Counted from the first letter of the stretch, positions 29,072 to 37,718 are shown. The stretch is 64,000 bases of DNA from an uncultured Bacilli bacterium (GCA_944371315.1 CALVXN010000003.1:508-64507), one strand, 5' to 3'. Made by a program: numbers and translations. Notes: generated by a model from the letters alone, not told the origin.

Positions 29072-30229
29072 TTATAACGCCTTAATTTCTCTTTTAGTCT
29101 TATTTATTTCATTTTCTATTTTTACCCTTTGAACTAAAAATAACATTACAATAATATTTACTGTAAAACTTCCACCGTAGCTTAATAAAGGCAATGGAAC
29201 TCCAGTTAAAGGAATTAGTGCTAAAACCCCCAATAAATTAATTAAAATATGCAAAGTCAAAAACCAAAAAGTTCCATAAGCAATAACAGAACATCTTAAA
29301 TTTTCAGAATTTCTTGCAATCTTTAAAATACGCAATAACATAATAAAATAAGCAACAATAATAAATATTCCAAATATAAGACCTAATTCTTCAACTATAA
29401 TTGGATAAATAAAATCTGTATGACTTTCTGGTAAATATAAATATTTTTGAGTTGAATTTCCTAATCCTACCCCCAAAAGCCCTCCATTATTAATCGCAAT
29501 AAATCCATTGCAAACTTGATACCCAGTAGTTTCTGTATATCTTGAACAAGGGTTTTGAAAAGTTAATCTATCCATTTGCATACTATTCAAAATATCGTTT
29601 CCAGAATATAAAATAACAATAACTCCCAATACAATTGCTACTGCAAATATTTTTATAAATTTTAATAAATTATTTTGAACGATTGGAATACTTATAAATG
29701 TCAAAAATACAATACCACCAATAATTGCAGCGCTTCCTAAATCTGGTTGCATAGCAACTAACCCTGCAATAATTACACCAAAACCTAAAGGAATTAAATA
29801 AGAATATATATTTTTCACCTTACGATAATAAAGTTTATTATAATAAACTGCAGAAAAAACAATTAAAATAGATTTAGCAAATTCACTAGGTTGCAAACTA
29901 AAAAACTTTAAATCATACCAACTAATAGCATTATTTGTAATTTTACCATTAACAAAAAGATATATTAATGAAATAATTATAATAATAACAGCTGGCCAAG
30001 CTAATGCTTGATACGTTCTAGTAGGAACTCGTAATATAAAAATAAAGCAAAATATTAAAGACACTAATACAAATATTGCTTGGCGAATAAAAAAATGATA
30101 TGGCTCATATCCATAACGAACAACACTAGAAACACTAGAAGCACTATAAATCATTACTAAACCAACAACAATAAAAAAAATTGTTAAAAGTAATAATGGT
30201 ATATCCATTTTTGAAAACAACTTTCGCAT
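29072..30229 (-). CDS. SEDS-family peptidoglycan polymerase (FtsW/RodA)
   Basis: About 10 TM segments, with QPSEFAK, PESHTDFI and GVPLPLLSYGGS motifs. Confidence 0.88.
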   Translation of the reverse strand: MRKLFSKMDIPLLLLTIFFIVVGLVMIYSASSVSSVVRYGYEPYHFFIRQAIFVLVSLIFCFIFILRVPTRTYQALAWPAVIIIIISLIYLFVNGKITNNAISWYDLKFFSLQPSEFAKSILIVFSAVYYNKLYYRKVKNIYSYLIPLGFGVIIAGLVAMQPDLGSAAIIGGIVFLTFISIPIVQNNLLKFIKIFAVAIVLGVIVILYSGNDILNSMQMDRLTFQNPCSRYTETTGYQVCNGFIAINNGGLLGVGLGNSTQKYLYLPESHTDFIYPIIVEELGLIFGIFIIVAYFIMLLRILKIARNSENLRCSVIAYGTFWFLTLHILINLLGVLALIPLTGVPLPLLSYGGSFTVNIIVMLFLVQRVKIENEINKTKREIKAL

Positions 30230-30364
30230 ACATTAATCTCCTATCATAATTTTAACACACTAAATATATTTTTTTTATTTTTTTTAAAAATTTAGGTAAT
30301 TTTAATGTCAAAAAATGACACTTTATAATAAATTATAATAGATATGTAAAGGAGGTATAAAATT

Positions 30365-30553
30365 ATGTATTATTATGGAAACAATGGATACTACGGTGGA
30401 GGATACGGTGGATATCAAGCAAATCCTTGCTGTGGAACATATGCCGGATATACTAGTGGTTATGGTATTGGAGCAGCAATTTGGATAGTGCTATTTATAT
30501 TATTAGTTATAATTTTAGGAGCTGGATGGTCTTTTAATAACAATAATAATTAA
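30365..30553 (+). CDS. YjcZ-like small Gly/Tyr-rich membrane protein (sporulation-associated family)
   Basis: MYYYGNNGYYGGGYGGY...AAIWIVLFILLVIILGAG resembles the tiny YjcZ-family proteins of spore formers. SD AAGGAGG, terminator downstream. Confidence 0.5.
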   Translation: MYYYGNNGYYGGGYGGYQANPCCGTYAGYTSGYGIGAAIWIVLFILLVIILGAGWSFNNNNN

Positions 30554-30624
30554 CAAAAAGAAGTATAAAAGCTTCTTTTTGCATTTTTTGTCATTTTTTG
30601 TTAAAATATGTCCAGGTGATGAAA

Positions 30625-31176
30625 ATGGAACTACCAAAAATAACAATTTTGGATGAAAAAAATAAAATTTTACACCAAAAAAGTTTTGAAGTAAAATTTC
30701 CTGTTAGCAAAGAAGATCAAAAACTAGCAGAAGATACAATTAAATATTTAAAAATGAGTCAAGATGAGAAGATTGCATCTAAATACAATTTAAGAGCAGG
30801 AATGGGAATGGCTTTTGTTCAGTTAGGAATATTAAAAAGAATATTTGTAATAGCTAACAAAAATGATAACGGCTCTTTTGAAGAATATGTAATAATTAAT
30901 CCTAAAATAATATCTCAAAGTGAAGAACTAATTTATGTAGGTGAAGGTGAAGGATGTTTAAGTGTTAATCGTAGTGTTGATGGAATTGTTCCAAGACATG
31001 CTAGAATAACAGTGGAATACTACGATTATCAAGGAAACAAAAAAATAACTAGAGTTCGAGAAGATTTAGCCGTTGCGTTTCAACATGAAATAGATCATTT
31101 AAATGGTATATTATTTGTAGATAAAATTGACAAAAAAAATCCATATAAAAATGCAAATAAAATGCGTGAAATATAA
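30625..31176 (+). CDS. def: peptide deformylase
   Basis: GMGMAFVQ, EGCLS and QHEIDH motifs. Start ATG 30625 lies 6 nt after AGGTGA. The track start lies over an extended -10, TGtTAAAAT (30599-30607). Confidence 0.9.
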   Translation: MELPKITILDEKNKILHQKSFEVKFPVSKEDQKLAEDTIKYLKMSQDEKIASKYNLRAGMGMAFVQLGILKRIFVIANKNDNGSFEEYVIINPKIISQSEELIYVGEGEGCLSVNRSVDGIVPRHARITVEYYDYQGNKKITRVREDLAVAFQHEIDHLNGILFVDKIDKKNPYKNANKMREI

Positions 31177-31206
31177 AAACTGCAATTAATTTTGCAGCTT
31201 TTTTTA
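31177..31206. terminator. bidirectional terminator between def and smc
   Basis: CTGCAA-ttaatt-TTGCAG, flanked by an A-run and a T-run. Confidence 0.6.
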
Positions 31207-34134
31207 ATTTTCCAATACAGCACTTACAATTTTACTAACCCCAGATTCTTGCATTGTTATTCCATATAAACAATCAGCATATTCCATCATTCTTTTTTTA
31301 TGGGTTATAACTATAAACTGACTATTTTCTTTTTCTCTCACTAAATATTTACCAAACATATCAACATTTACTTCATCTAATGCAGCCTCTGCTTCATCAA
31401 GAATAACAAATGGAGATGGTTTAACTTTAAGCATAGCAAACAACAAACAAATAGCAGTTAAAGCCTTTTCTCCTCCACTTAATGATATTGGAGAATTAAT
31501 TTTCTTTCCTGGTGGAACAGCAATAATATCAATTCCGGTATTCAACAAATCATCTGGATTGCTAAATTTTAGTTCACCCGTTCCTCCTTTAAACATTAAT
31601 TTAAATATATTAGAAAATTCATCTTTAATTTTATCAAAAGTATTTTTAAACTTATCTATCATTATATCATCCATTTGTTTAATTATGTCTTTTAATTCAT
31701 CACTAGAATTTTCTAAATCACTTCTTTGATTATTTAAAAAGTCATATCTTTTACTAATTCTTTCATATTCATCAATAGAACCTAAATTGACATTTCCTAA
31801 ACTTTCCAATTCCTTTTTTAAAGCTTTAACTTTTTCGCGAGCTAAGTCAACAGACATATCTAAATTATATGAAACGGATGCATATTCATAGGTTAAATTA
31901 TATTCTTCAGTTAACATTTCAAGTAAATTATCTAATTTAACTTCTAATTTAGCACAATTAACCTCTTTATCCTTTAATTCATTATTAACCAAATTGTAAC
32001 TTGTGTTATCTTCTCTTTGTTTCTTTTCTAAAACATTAATTTCATCAACTAAATTATTTTTATCAATTACCAACTTCTTTAACTCTTTTTCAATCAATTC
32101 TTTTTCTTTAGTTTTTATATTAATATCTTCTAATAATTTAACCAAATGTTCATTTAACTTATTATTTTTAAGATCATCAATTCCAGATAATTCACTCGAT
32201 AAATTTTTAAATTCATCAGTTAATCTACTTAATCTAGTTTTTTTATTAAATAATTCATCATTTAATAATATAACATACTTATTTAAAACCTTTTCTTTTT
32301 CTTCTAATTCTGCTATATTGTTATCATATTTATCTAATTCTTCTGTTAGTGATTTAATACTAATAGATAAGCTATTGTATTCATCTTTTAGCTTATTTAA
32401 CTCATTTTTTTCATTTAGCATACTATTTTTTTTAGAAGTTCCACCAGTAATAGAACCTCCAGCATTTTGAATTTCTCCATCCAATGAAACAATTCTATAT
32501 TTATAATCAATTAATTTACCAATAACATTTAATGTATTTGCATTTTCAACTACTATTACTTGACCTAATTGATTTTCAATTATATTTCGATATTTTTCAT
32601 CAAATGACACTAACTCAGAAAAAACACCAATGTAACCCTTTATTTTTTTTATATCATCTAAAATATTTTGTGATATATTTCTAGATTTAATAATATTAAG
32701 TGGAAAAAAGGTTGCCCTACCTAATTTTTTATCCTTTAAAAAATTTATAGCGTTGATAGCAACAGAATCATCATCAACAACAATAAAATTTGATGCATTT
32801 CCAAGTGCAATATCTGCTGCAACAACATATTTATCAGGAATTTCCAATAACTTTCCTATAGTATTATGAATTCCATATAATCTTGGATTATTTAAAATAT
32901 TTCTCACAGAAACAGGTGTATTTTCAGCATTTAAAATATTATTTTCTAATATTTCAATTTTATTTTGTAAAAGATAGCTATTTTTATTACAATCTTGTAA
33001 ATTATTGTTTATTGTGCTTCTTTTAACATTTAATACTAATAATTTGTCTTTTACTTCTTCTATCTTTCTTCTTTCTTCATTAATACTATTTTCTATATCA
33101 TCCACTTCTTTTTTAGATACCTCAATATTTTTTTGATATTGCAATTCTTGTTCTTTTAATTTTAATAAATTAGTATCTAAAATACTAGAATTAGCTTCAT
33201 ATTTTTGTCTTTCAATAGTTATTTGTTTTTCACTAACTAAATCATTTAAAGCATTATTTATCTTTAATAATTCTGCATTTTTACTATTTATTTTATCTTC
33301 TAATTCCAAACTATTTAACTTAATTTTTTCTATTTTAGAATCTACTTCAACATTTTTTAAAGTGATCAATTTTTCTTTCAAACTTTCAATTTCTTTTTTT
33401 AATATTTTATATTCACTATTAATATCTGTAATATCTGTAACAATTAAAGCAATATCAATATTTTCTAAATCCTTTTTTAATTCTAAATATTTTTTAGCTA
33501 CTATACTTTGTTCTTTTAAGGGATTAACACTTTTAGATAATTCATCAATTATTAATTTAATTCTAGTTAAATTTTCTTCAGTTTTTTCTAGTTTTTTTAA
33601 ACTTTCTTCTTTTCTTTTTTTATACTTTAATACTCCAGCTGCACTTTCAAATATAGTTCTTCGATCAAAAGACTTACTATTTACTATATCAGTTACATTT
33701 CCTTGAGAAATTATATTAAAACTACTACCACCTGCTCCAGAATCAATAAATAAGTCCATTATATCCTTTAATCTAACTCTTAAATTGTTAATATAATATT
33801 CGTTTTCTCCAGATGAATAAACTATTCTTTTAATTTCTACTTCATTAAATTCACTATTTAAATATTTATCAGAATTATCAAATGTCAAAGCAACCATTGC
33901 TCTTTTTTGAGCTTCCCTTGTCTCACTTCCGCTAAAAATACAATCAGTCATTGAATTTGTTCCACGTAAAGATTTAACTGATTGTTCACCCAAAACCCAT
34001 CGAACAGCATCAACTATGTTACTTTTTCCACTACCATTAGGGCCAACTATTCCAGTAATTCCAGGATTTATTGCTAAATCTAACTTATCAGCAAATGATT
34101 TAAATCCTTGAGCTCTTATACTTTTTAAATACAT
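31204..34134 (-). CDS. smc: chromosome condensation protein SMC (976 aa)
   Basis: Walker A GPNGSGKSN, hinge (GIHNTIGKLLEIPDKYVVAADIALG), signature LSGGEKALTA, Walker B FVILDEAEAALD, and long coiled coils. Confidence 0.92.
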   Translation of the reverse strand: MYLKSIRAQGFKSFADKLDLAINPGITGIVGPNGSGKSNIVDAVRWVLGEQSVKSLRGTNSMTDCIFSGSETREAQKRAMVALTFDNSDKYLNSEFNEVEIKRIVYSSGENEYYINNLRVRLKDIMDLFIDSGAGGSSFNIISQGNVTDIVNSKSFDRRTIFESAAGVLKYKKRKEESLKKLEKTEENLTRIKLIIDELSKSVNPLKEQSIVAKKYLELKKDLENIDIALIVTDITDINSEYKILKKEIESLKEKLITLKNVEVDSKIEKIKLNSLELEDKINSKNAELLKINNALNDLVSEKQITIERQKYEANSSILDTNLLKLKEQELQYQKNIEVSKKEVDDIENSINEERRKIEEVKDKLLVLNVKRSTINNNLQDCNKNSYLLQNKIEILENNILNAENTPVSVRNILNNPRLYGIHNTIGKLLEIPDKYVVAADIALGNASNFIVVDDDSVAINAINFLKDKKLGRATFFPLNIIKSRNISQNILDDIKKIKGYIGVFSELVSFDEKYRNIIENQLGQVIVVENANTLNVIGKLIDYKYRIVSLDGEIQNAGGSITGGTSKKNSMLNEKNELNKLKDEYNSLSISIKSLTEELDKYDNNIAELEEKEKVLNKYVILLNDELFNKKTRLSRLTDEFKNLSSELSGIDDLKNNKLNEHLVKLLEDINIKTKEKELIEKELKKLVIDKNNLVDEINVLEKKQREDNTSYNLVNNELKDKEVNCAKLEVKLDNLLEMLTEEYNLTYEYASVSYNLDMSVDLAREKVKALKKELESLGNVNLGSIDEYERISKRYDFLNNQRSDLENSSDELKDIIKQMDDIMIDKFKNTFDKIKDEFSNIFKLMFKGGTGELKFSNPDDLLNTGIDIIAVPPGKKINSPISLSGGEKALTAICLLFAMLKVKPSPFVILDEAEAALDEVNVDMFGKYLVREKENSQFIVITHKKRMMEYADCLYGITMQESGVSKIVSAVLEN

Positions 34135-34139
34135 TTATA

Positions 34140-34790
34140 TCACCTAGCACTTTTATTATAAGCATCTAATGCTGCCATTTGTTCTGCTTCTTTTTTACTA
34201 TTTCCAATCCCTTTTCCATAAATTATATTATCAATCTTAACTACAACTTCAAATATTTTTTTATGGGCTTCCCCTTCTTCTTTTACAACTTCATACTCTA
34301 AAGATTTTTTACCAGTTTGAACTAATTCTTGCAATCTAGTTTTATAATCTACATTAAAATCAATTTGTTTATCAATATAAGGAACAATTATATCTTCAAT
34401 ATACTTTTTAGCAGTATCAAATCCTTGATCTAAATATATCGCCCCAATTATTGCTTCAAAAACATCCGCTATTATAGTATCATTTAAATTGTTAATTTGA
34501 CCATGCCCCAATTTTATTTCTTTATCTATTCCAATTTTTTTAGAATAAGTAGCTAATGCCTTTTCACAAACATAACTAGCTCTTAATTTAGTCATTTGTC
34601 CTTCTTTATAATTAGTGTTTAAAAATAAATATTCACTAACAACAACTTCTAAAACAGCATCCCCCAAAAACTCAAGACGTTCATAATTTTCACAATGTCC
34701 ATGCTCATTAGCATAACTGCTATGGGTTAATGCCACAGTTAAAAGCTTATTATTATTAATATTTATATTAAACTTTTTTAAAAAATTCAT
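34140..34790 (-). CDS. rnc: ribonuclease III
   Basis: ERLEFLGDAVL signature and a C-terminal dsRBD (GKGIGNSKKEAEQMAA). Confidence 0.92.
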   Translation of the reverse strand: MNFLKKFNININNNKLLTVALTHSSYANEHGHCENYERLEFLGDAVLEVVVSEYLFLNTNYKEGQMTKLRASYVCEKALATYSKKIGIDKEIKLGHGQINNLNDTIIADVFEAIIGAIYLDQGFDTAKKYIEDIIVPYIDKQIDFNVDYKTRLQELVQTGKKSLEYEVVKEEGEAHKKIFEVVVKIDNIIYGKGIGNSKKEAEQMAALDAYNKSAR

Positions 34791-34891
34791 AATATCAAAT
34801 CCATTCTTTTTTAATTATATCAAAAATTTAGAATTTTGAAAACATTTACAAAGCATAAAAAATATAGTAAAATTTCTCTAGGTGATAAGTT

Positions 34892-35110
34892 TTGAAAAAA
34901 ATATTAATATATATGATTAGAGCTTATCAAGTTACTCCTTTTCATGGGCATACTTTATGTCGCTTTACACCTACATGTAGTCAATATATGATAGATGCAA
35001 TAAATGAATATGGAGCAATTACTGGATTAAAAATGGGAATAAAAAGGGTTTTAAAATGTCATCCAAAAGGCTCATTTGGTTATGATCCAGTAATAAAGAA
35101 AGGAAAATAA
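34892..35110 (+). CDS. yidD: membrane protein insertion efficiency factor YidD
   Basis: [10 protein letters not shown] and [11 protein letters not shown] motifs. TTG start 4 nt after AGGTGAT. Confidence 0.85.
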   Translation: MKKILIYMIRAYQVTPFHGHTLCRFTPTCSQYMIDAINEYGAITGLKMGIKRVLKCHPKGSFGYDPVIKKGK

Positions 35111-35116
35111 TAAATA

Positions 35117-35980
35117 ATGAGTTTATTAAAAAAAATATTTTTATTAGGTTTAGCAATTTTTTTAACAACAGGATGTAGTTTAACCAAAGATAGCTTAGAA
35201 GACGCTCAAATTTATACTACAGTTTATCCTATTGAATATTTAGCAAATTTTTTATACAGCGATTATTCAAACGTAGAAAGTATTTACCCAAACGGAGCAG
35301 ATATATCAAATTACAAATTAACAGAAAAACAAATAAAAAAATATGCAAAAGGAGATTTATTCATATATAACGGATTAAGCAATGAAAAAACAATTACTAA
35401 AGATTTAATAAATAAAAACGACAACTTACTTATCATCGATGTTTCAAATGGATTAAATTATACTTATGACATTGAAGAATTATGGATGAGCCCAAATAAT
35501 TATTTAATGCTTGCCAAAAATATAAAAGATTATTTAATTGAATACTTATCAAGTAAAAGCATTATTAATTACGTTGAACAAAAGTATGACGAACTATCAG
35601 AAATATTATCCTTAAAAGATGCAGATTTAAGAGCTATTGGCAAAGAAGCAAAAGAGAAAGGAAAAAACACTTTAATTGTAAATGACGATGTATTTAAATT
35701 TTTAGAAAATTATGGTTTTGAAATAATATCTCTAGATGAAAAAACTTTAAATGAGAGCACACTAAACTTAGTAAAAACAAATTTTGAAAAAGAAGAATAT
35801 GACACAATTTTTATATTAGATAATAATTATACAGAAGAAATAAACAATTTAATAGATGAATATGAAATAAAAACAATTTCTATTAATTCAATGACTGTAT
35901 TTAATGAAAATGATGATGATTATTTGATGGAAATGCAACAATTCATTGATGAAATAAGAAATTTATGTCTAACTGATTGA
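35117..35980 (+). CDS. ZnuA/TroA-fold lipoprotein (cluster A-I solute-binding-like) lacking the usual His ligands
   Basis: Lipobox LTTGC. IYTTVYPIEYLANF...DLFIYNGLSNE aligns by eye to the ZnuA/PsaA family, but the ligand positions read DISNY and EELWMSP instead of xPHxx and DPHxW. No permease or ATPase gene is adjacent. Confidence 0.6.
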   Translation: MSLLKKIFLLGLAIFLTTGCSLTKDSLEDAQIYTTVYPIEYLANFLYSDYSNVESIYPNGADISNYKLTEKQIKKYAKGDLFIYNGLSNEKTITKDLINKNDNLLIIDVSNGLNYTYDIEELWMSPNNYLMLAKNIKDYLIEYLSSKSIINYVEQKYDELSEILSLKDADLRAIGKEAKEKGKNTLIVNDDVFKFLENYGFEIISLDEKTLNESTLNLVKTNFEKEEYDTIFILDNNYTEEINNLIDEYEIKTISINSMTVFNENDDDYLMEMQQFIDEIRNLCLTD

Positions 35981-36013
35981 CAATAAAATACTTTTATATT
36001 AGAATATAAAAGT
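35977..36013 (+). promoter_or_regulatory. tRNA-Ser promoter overlapped by a perfect 10-bp inverted repeat
   Basis: TTGACA (35977-35982), 17 nt, TAGAAT (36000-36005). ACTTTTATAT-taga-ATATAAAAGT spans 35990-36013. Confidence 0.5.
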
Positions 36014-36021
36014 AGTCTTAT

Positions 36022-36112
36022 GGAGTAGTACTCAAGAGGCTGAAGAGGCGCCCCTGCTAAGGGTGTAGATCGGGAAACTGGTGCGAGAGTTCAAATCTCT
36101 CCTACTCCGCCA
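36022..36112 (+). tRNA. tRNA-Ser (anticodon GCU), class II with long variable arm, CCA encoded
   Basis: Folded by hand. Acceptor GGAGTAG/CTACTCC; 3-bp D stem; anticodon stem CGCCC/GGGTG with loop CTGCTAA; variable stem ATCGG/CTGGT with GAAA loop; T arm GAGAG-TTCAAAT-CTCTC; discriminator G plus CCA. Confidence 0.92.
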
Positions 36113-36124
36113 TATGAAAAACAA

Positions 36125-36160
36125 AAAGATTGGAATAATTTTTTCCAATCTTTTTTTATC
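36125..36160 (+). terminator. rho-independent terminator after tRNA-Ser
   Basis: AAAGATTGGAA-loop-TTCCAATCTTT followed by a T-run. Confidence 0.65.
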
Positions 36161-36328
36161 TAAATTTTCATAAATAATTACTTTTGTCCATTTTTTGGCT
36201 TTTTCTAAAGATTCAATAGAAATAATTGTATATAAATATAATGGTATATTATATTTTTTTAACTTATTAACAACACGTTCGTTTATATCATTAACATTAT
36301 AAACAATAAAATCAGGTTTAGAACAAAA
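36160..36328 (-). pseudogene. possible gene remnant between the IS right end and tRNA-Ser
   Basis: About 56 stop-free codons in very AT-rich DNA (SKPDFIVYNVNDINERVVNKLKKYNIPLYLYTIISIESLEKAKKWTKVIIYENLD). No credible start or SD. The frame only closes inside the antisense of the tRNA. Faint resemblance to a GDPD-type C-terminus, not verified. Confidence 0.25.
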
Positions 36329-36470
36329 GTCAAACAAGTTTGACTGACCTTGCATCACTACAAGGCATTTCTACTTCACTGAGTCCTTTAGACTCTCCAT
36401 AGACCAATTTCGGATGGTCGCCACCCTACTATTTTTGTTCACTTATTTTAATACTAAACTTTGCATATAC
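36329..36470 (-). ncRNA. candidate omega-RNA (reRNA) scaffold of the TnpB element
   Basis: The about 115 nt after the tnpB stop are locally GC-enriched. They contain consecutive hairpins: GACCA/TGGTC (36400-36417), GAGTC-taaag-GACTC (36381-36395), CCTTG/CAAGG (36348-36365) and the palindrome GTCAAAC-tt-GTTTGAC (36329-36344). The 5' extent into the tnpB 3' end is a guess. Confidence 0.45.
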
Positions 36471-37600
36471 ATCTTTAAACCCTCAAACATTATATTTACA
36501 CTGGCATTGATATCACGATCATGTAACGAACTACACTTTGGACATTCCCATCTTCTTATATTTAAATCCTTTACTTCCTTATTTTGATATCCACATACTG
36601 AACAAGTTTGACTACTTGGATAATATCTATTTATTGTAAGCAATTTCTTATTTTGCCATTTGCATTTATACTCCAAGACTCGTTTTATTTCTGCTAATGG
36701 AATGTTTGTTAAGGATTTTGCTACTCGGTGTGTTTGGTACATGTTCTTTATATCTAAATCTTCCATAACGATAATATCATTTTCTTTGACTAGTCTATTC
36801 GTCACATAATGAATTAAATGCTTACGAATGTTTTTAAGTTTCATATATGCTCTTTGTAGTTTTAATTTTATCTTATATCTATTTTTACTTCCAGACTTAC
36901 ATCTAGCAAGGCCCTTTTGTAATCCTTTGATTCTTTTCTTTACTTCTAATGAAGATAGGCTATTTTCTATTTTATCATTATAACTTGTGATAATTATATC
37001 TTTTATTCCTAAATCAAGCCCTACTATATTTCTTGGTATAAATTCAGGCAATATTAGCGACTCTTCCACTAATAAACTTACATAATATTTATTTGCTTGT
37101 CTTCTTATAACTGCACTTTTGATATTACCTATAAAATTTGTTTTATGACGATATCCTTTAAACTTTACTTCTTTTAATTTTGGTAATATTATTACTTTAT
37201 TTTGAAAATCTACTTTTATACTTTCATAATTTTTATCTTTATATGTATTTTTTATATTATTAGTCTTATAACTATTTCCTGTATCCTTATTTTTAAGTTT
37301 TGGAAATCCATTTTGTTTACTATAAAATCTTTTATAGGCATCGTCTAAACTAAATAGTGCTGTCCTTAAAGAACAACTATCTACTTCACTTAGCCATGGA
37401 TATTCTTTACATAAACTAGGTAATTCTTTTATTTGGTCATAACAAGATTTAGATTTAACTGCTCTTTTATAATCATTTATTCTATCACTCAAAAAATGAT
37501 TATACACAAATCTAGTACATCCAATAGTTTTATTAATTAATTCTTTTTGTTTATCTGTTGGATATAATCTTAAAACATATCCTTTAAATATTGTCTGCAT
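36443..37600 (-). CDS. tnpB: TnpB (IS200/IS605-family OrfB) RNA-guided nuclease
   Basis: N-terminal YVLRLYPTDKQKELINKTIGCTRFVYN. RuvC triad D196 (GLDLGIKD), E280 (IVMEDL), D363 (HDRDINASVNI). Zinc ribbon CSVC...CPKC. SD AGGGGGA. Confidence 0.9.
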   Translation of the reverse strand: MQTIFKGYVLRLYPTDKQKELINKTIGCTRFVYNHFLSDRINDYKRAVKSKSCYDQIKELPSLCKEYPWLSEVDSCSLRTALFSLDDAYKRFYSKQNGFPKLKNKDTGNSYKTNNIKNTYKDKNYESIKVDFQNKVIILPKLKEVKFKGYRHKTNFIGNIKSAVIRRQANKYYVSLLVEESLILPEFIPRNIVGLDLGIKDIIITSYNDKIENSLSSLEVKKRIKGLQKGLARCKSGSKNRYKIKLKLQRAYMKLKNIRKHLIHYVTNRLVKENDIIVMEDLDIKNMYQTHRVAKSLTNIPLAEIKRVLEYKCKWQNKKLLTINRYYPSSQTCSVCGYQNKEVKDLNIRRWECPKCSSLHDRDINASVNIMFEGLKMYMQSLVLK

Positions 37601-37624
37601 AATTTCCCCCTAAATGATAAATTT

Positions 37625-37653
37625 ATTATGCCAAACAAATGTATGCATGTCAA
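37625..37653 (-). promoter_or_regulatory. tnpB promoter
   Basis: Minus strand: TTGACA (37648-37653), 17 nt, CATAAT (37625-37630). Confidence 0.55.
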
Positions 37654-37690
37654 GCAAATTTTTCGAAAAAGTATGACTTTCCTATTATAT

Positions 37691-37718
37691 AAAAAAAAAA
37701 GAATGCATTCACATTCTT
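37691..37718 (-). terminator. rho-independent terminator of the 353-aa gene, with the stop codon in the loop
   Basis: Minus strand: AAGAATG-tgaatg-CATTCTT followed by T8. The TGA stop (37709-37711) lies in the loop. Confidence 0.65.

Larger units (their letters stand above)
36329..37675 (-). mobile_element. tnpA-less IS200/IS605-family (IS1341-like) element; ends approximate
   Basis: tnpB with its own promoter. Subterminal palindromes at both flanks: TTTTTCGAAAAA (37659-37670) on the left-end side and GTCAAACTTGTTTGAC (36329-36344) on the right-end side. No Y1 transposase ORF in the window. Confidence 0.55.

Noticed and set aside
32003-33706. Two antisense ORFs (155 aa and 114 aa) within smc
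   Set aside because: They are mirror frames of the Lys/Glu/Leu-rich coiled-coil coding sequence. The products are Ser/Phe/Leu-rich, with no start context.
36032-36358. 108-aa minus-strand ORF from the track
   Set aside because: Its 3' third is the reverse complement of tRNA-Ser and its terminator, and its 5' end lies in the omega-RNA-like hairpins. It is not a gene as drawn. Only the middle part is kept as a low-confidence remnant.
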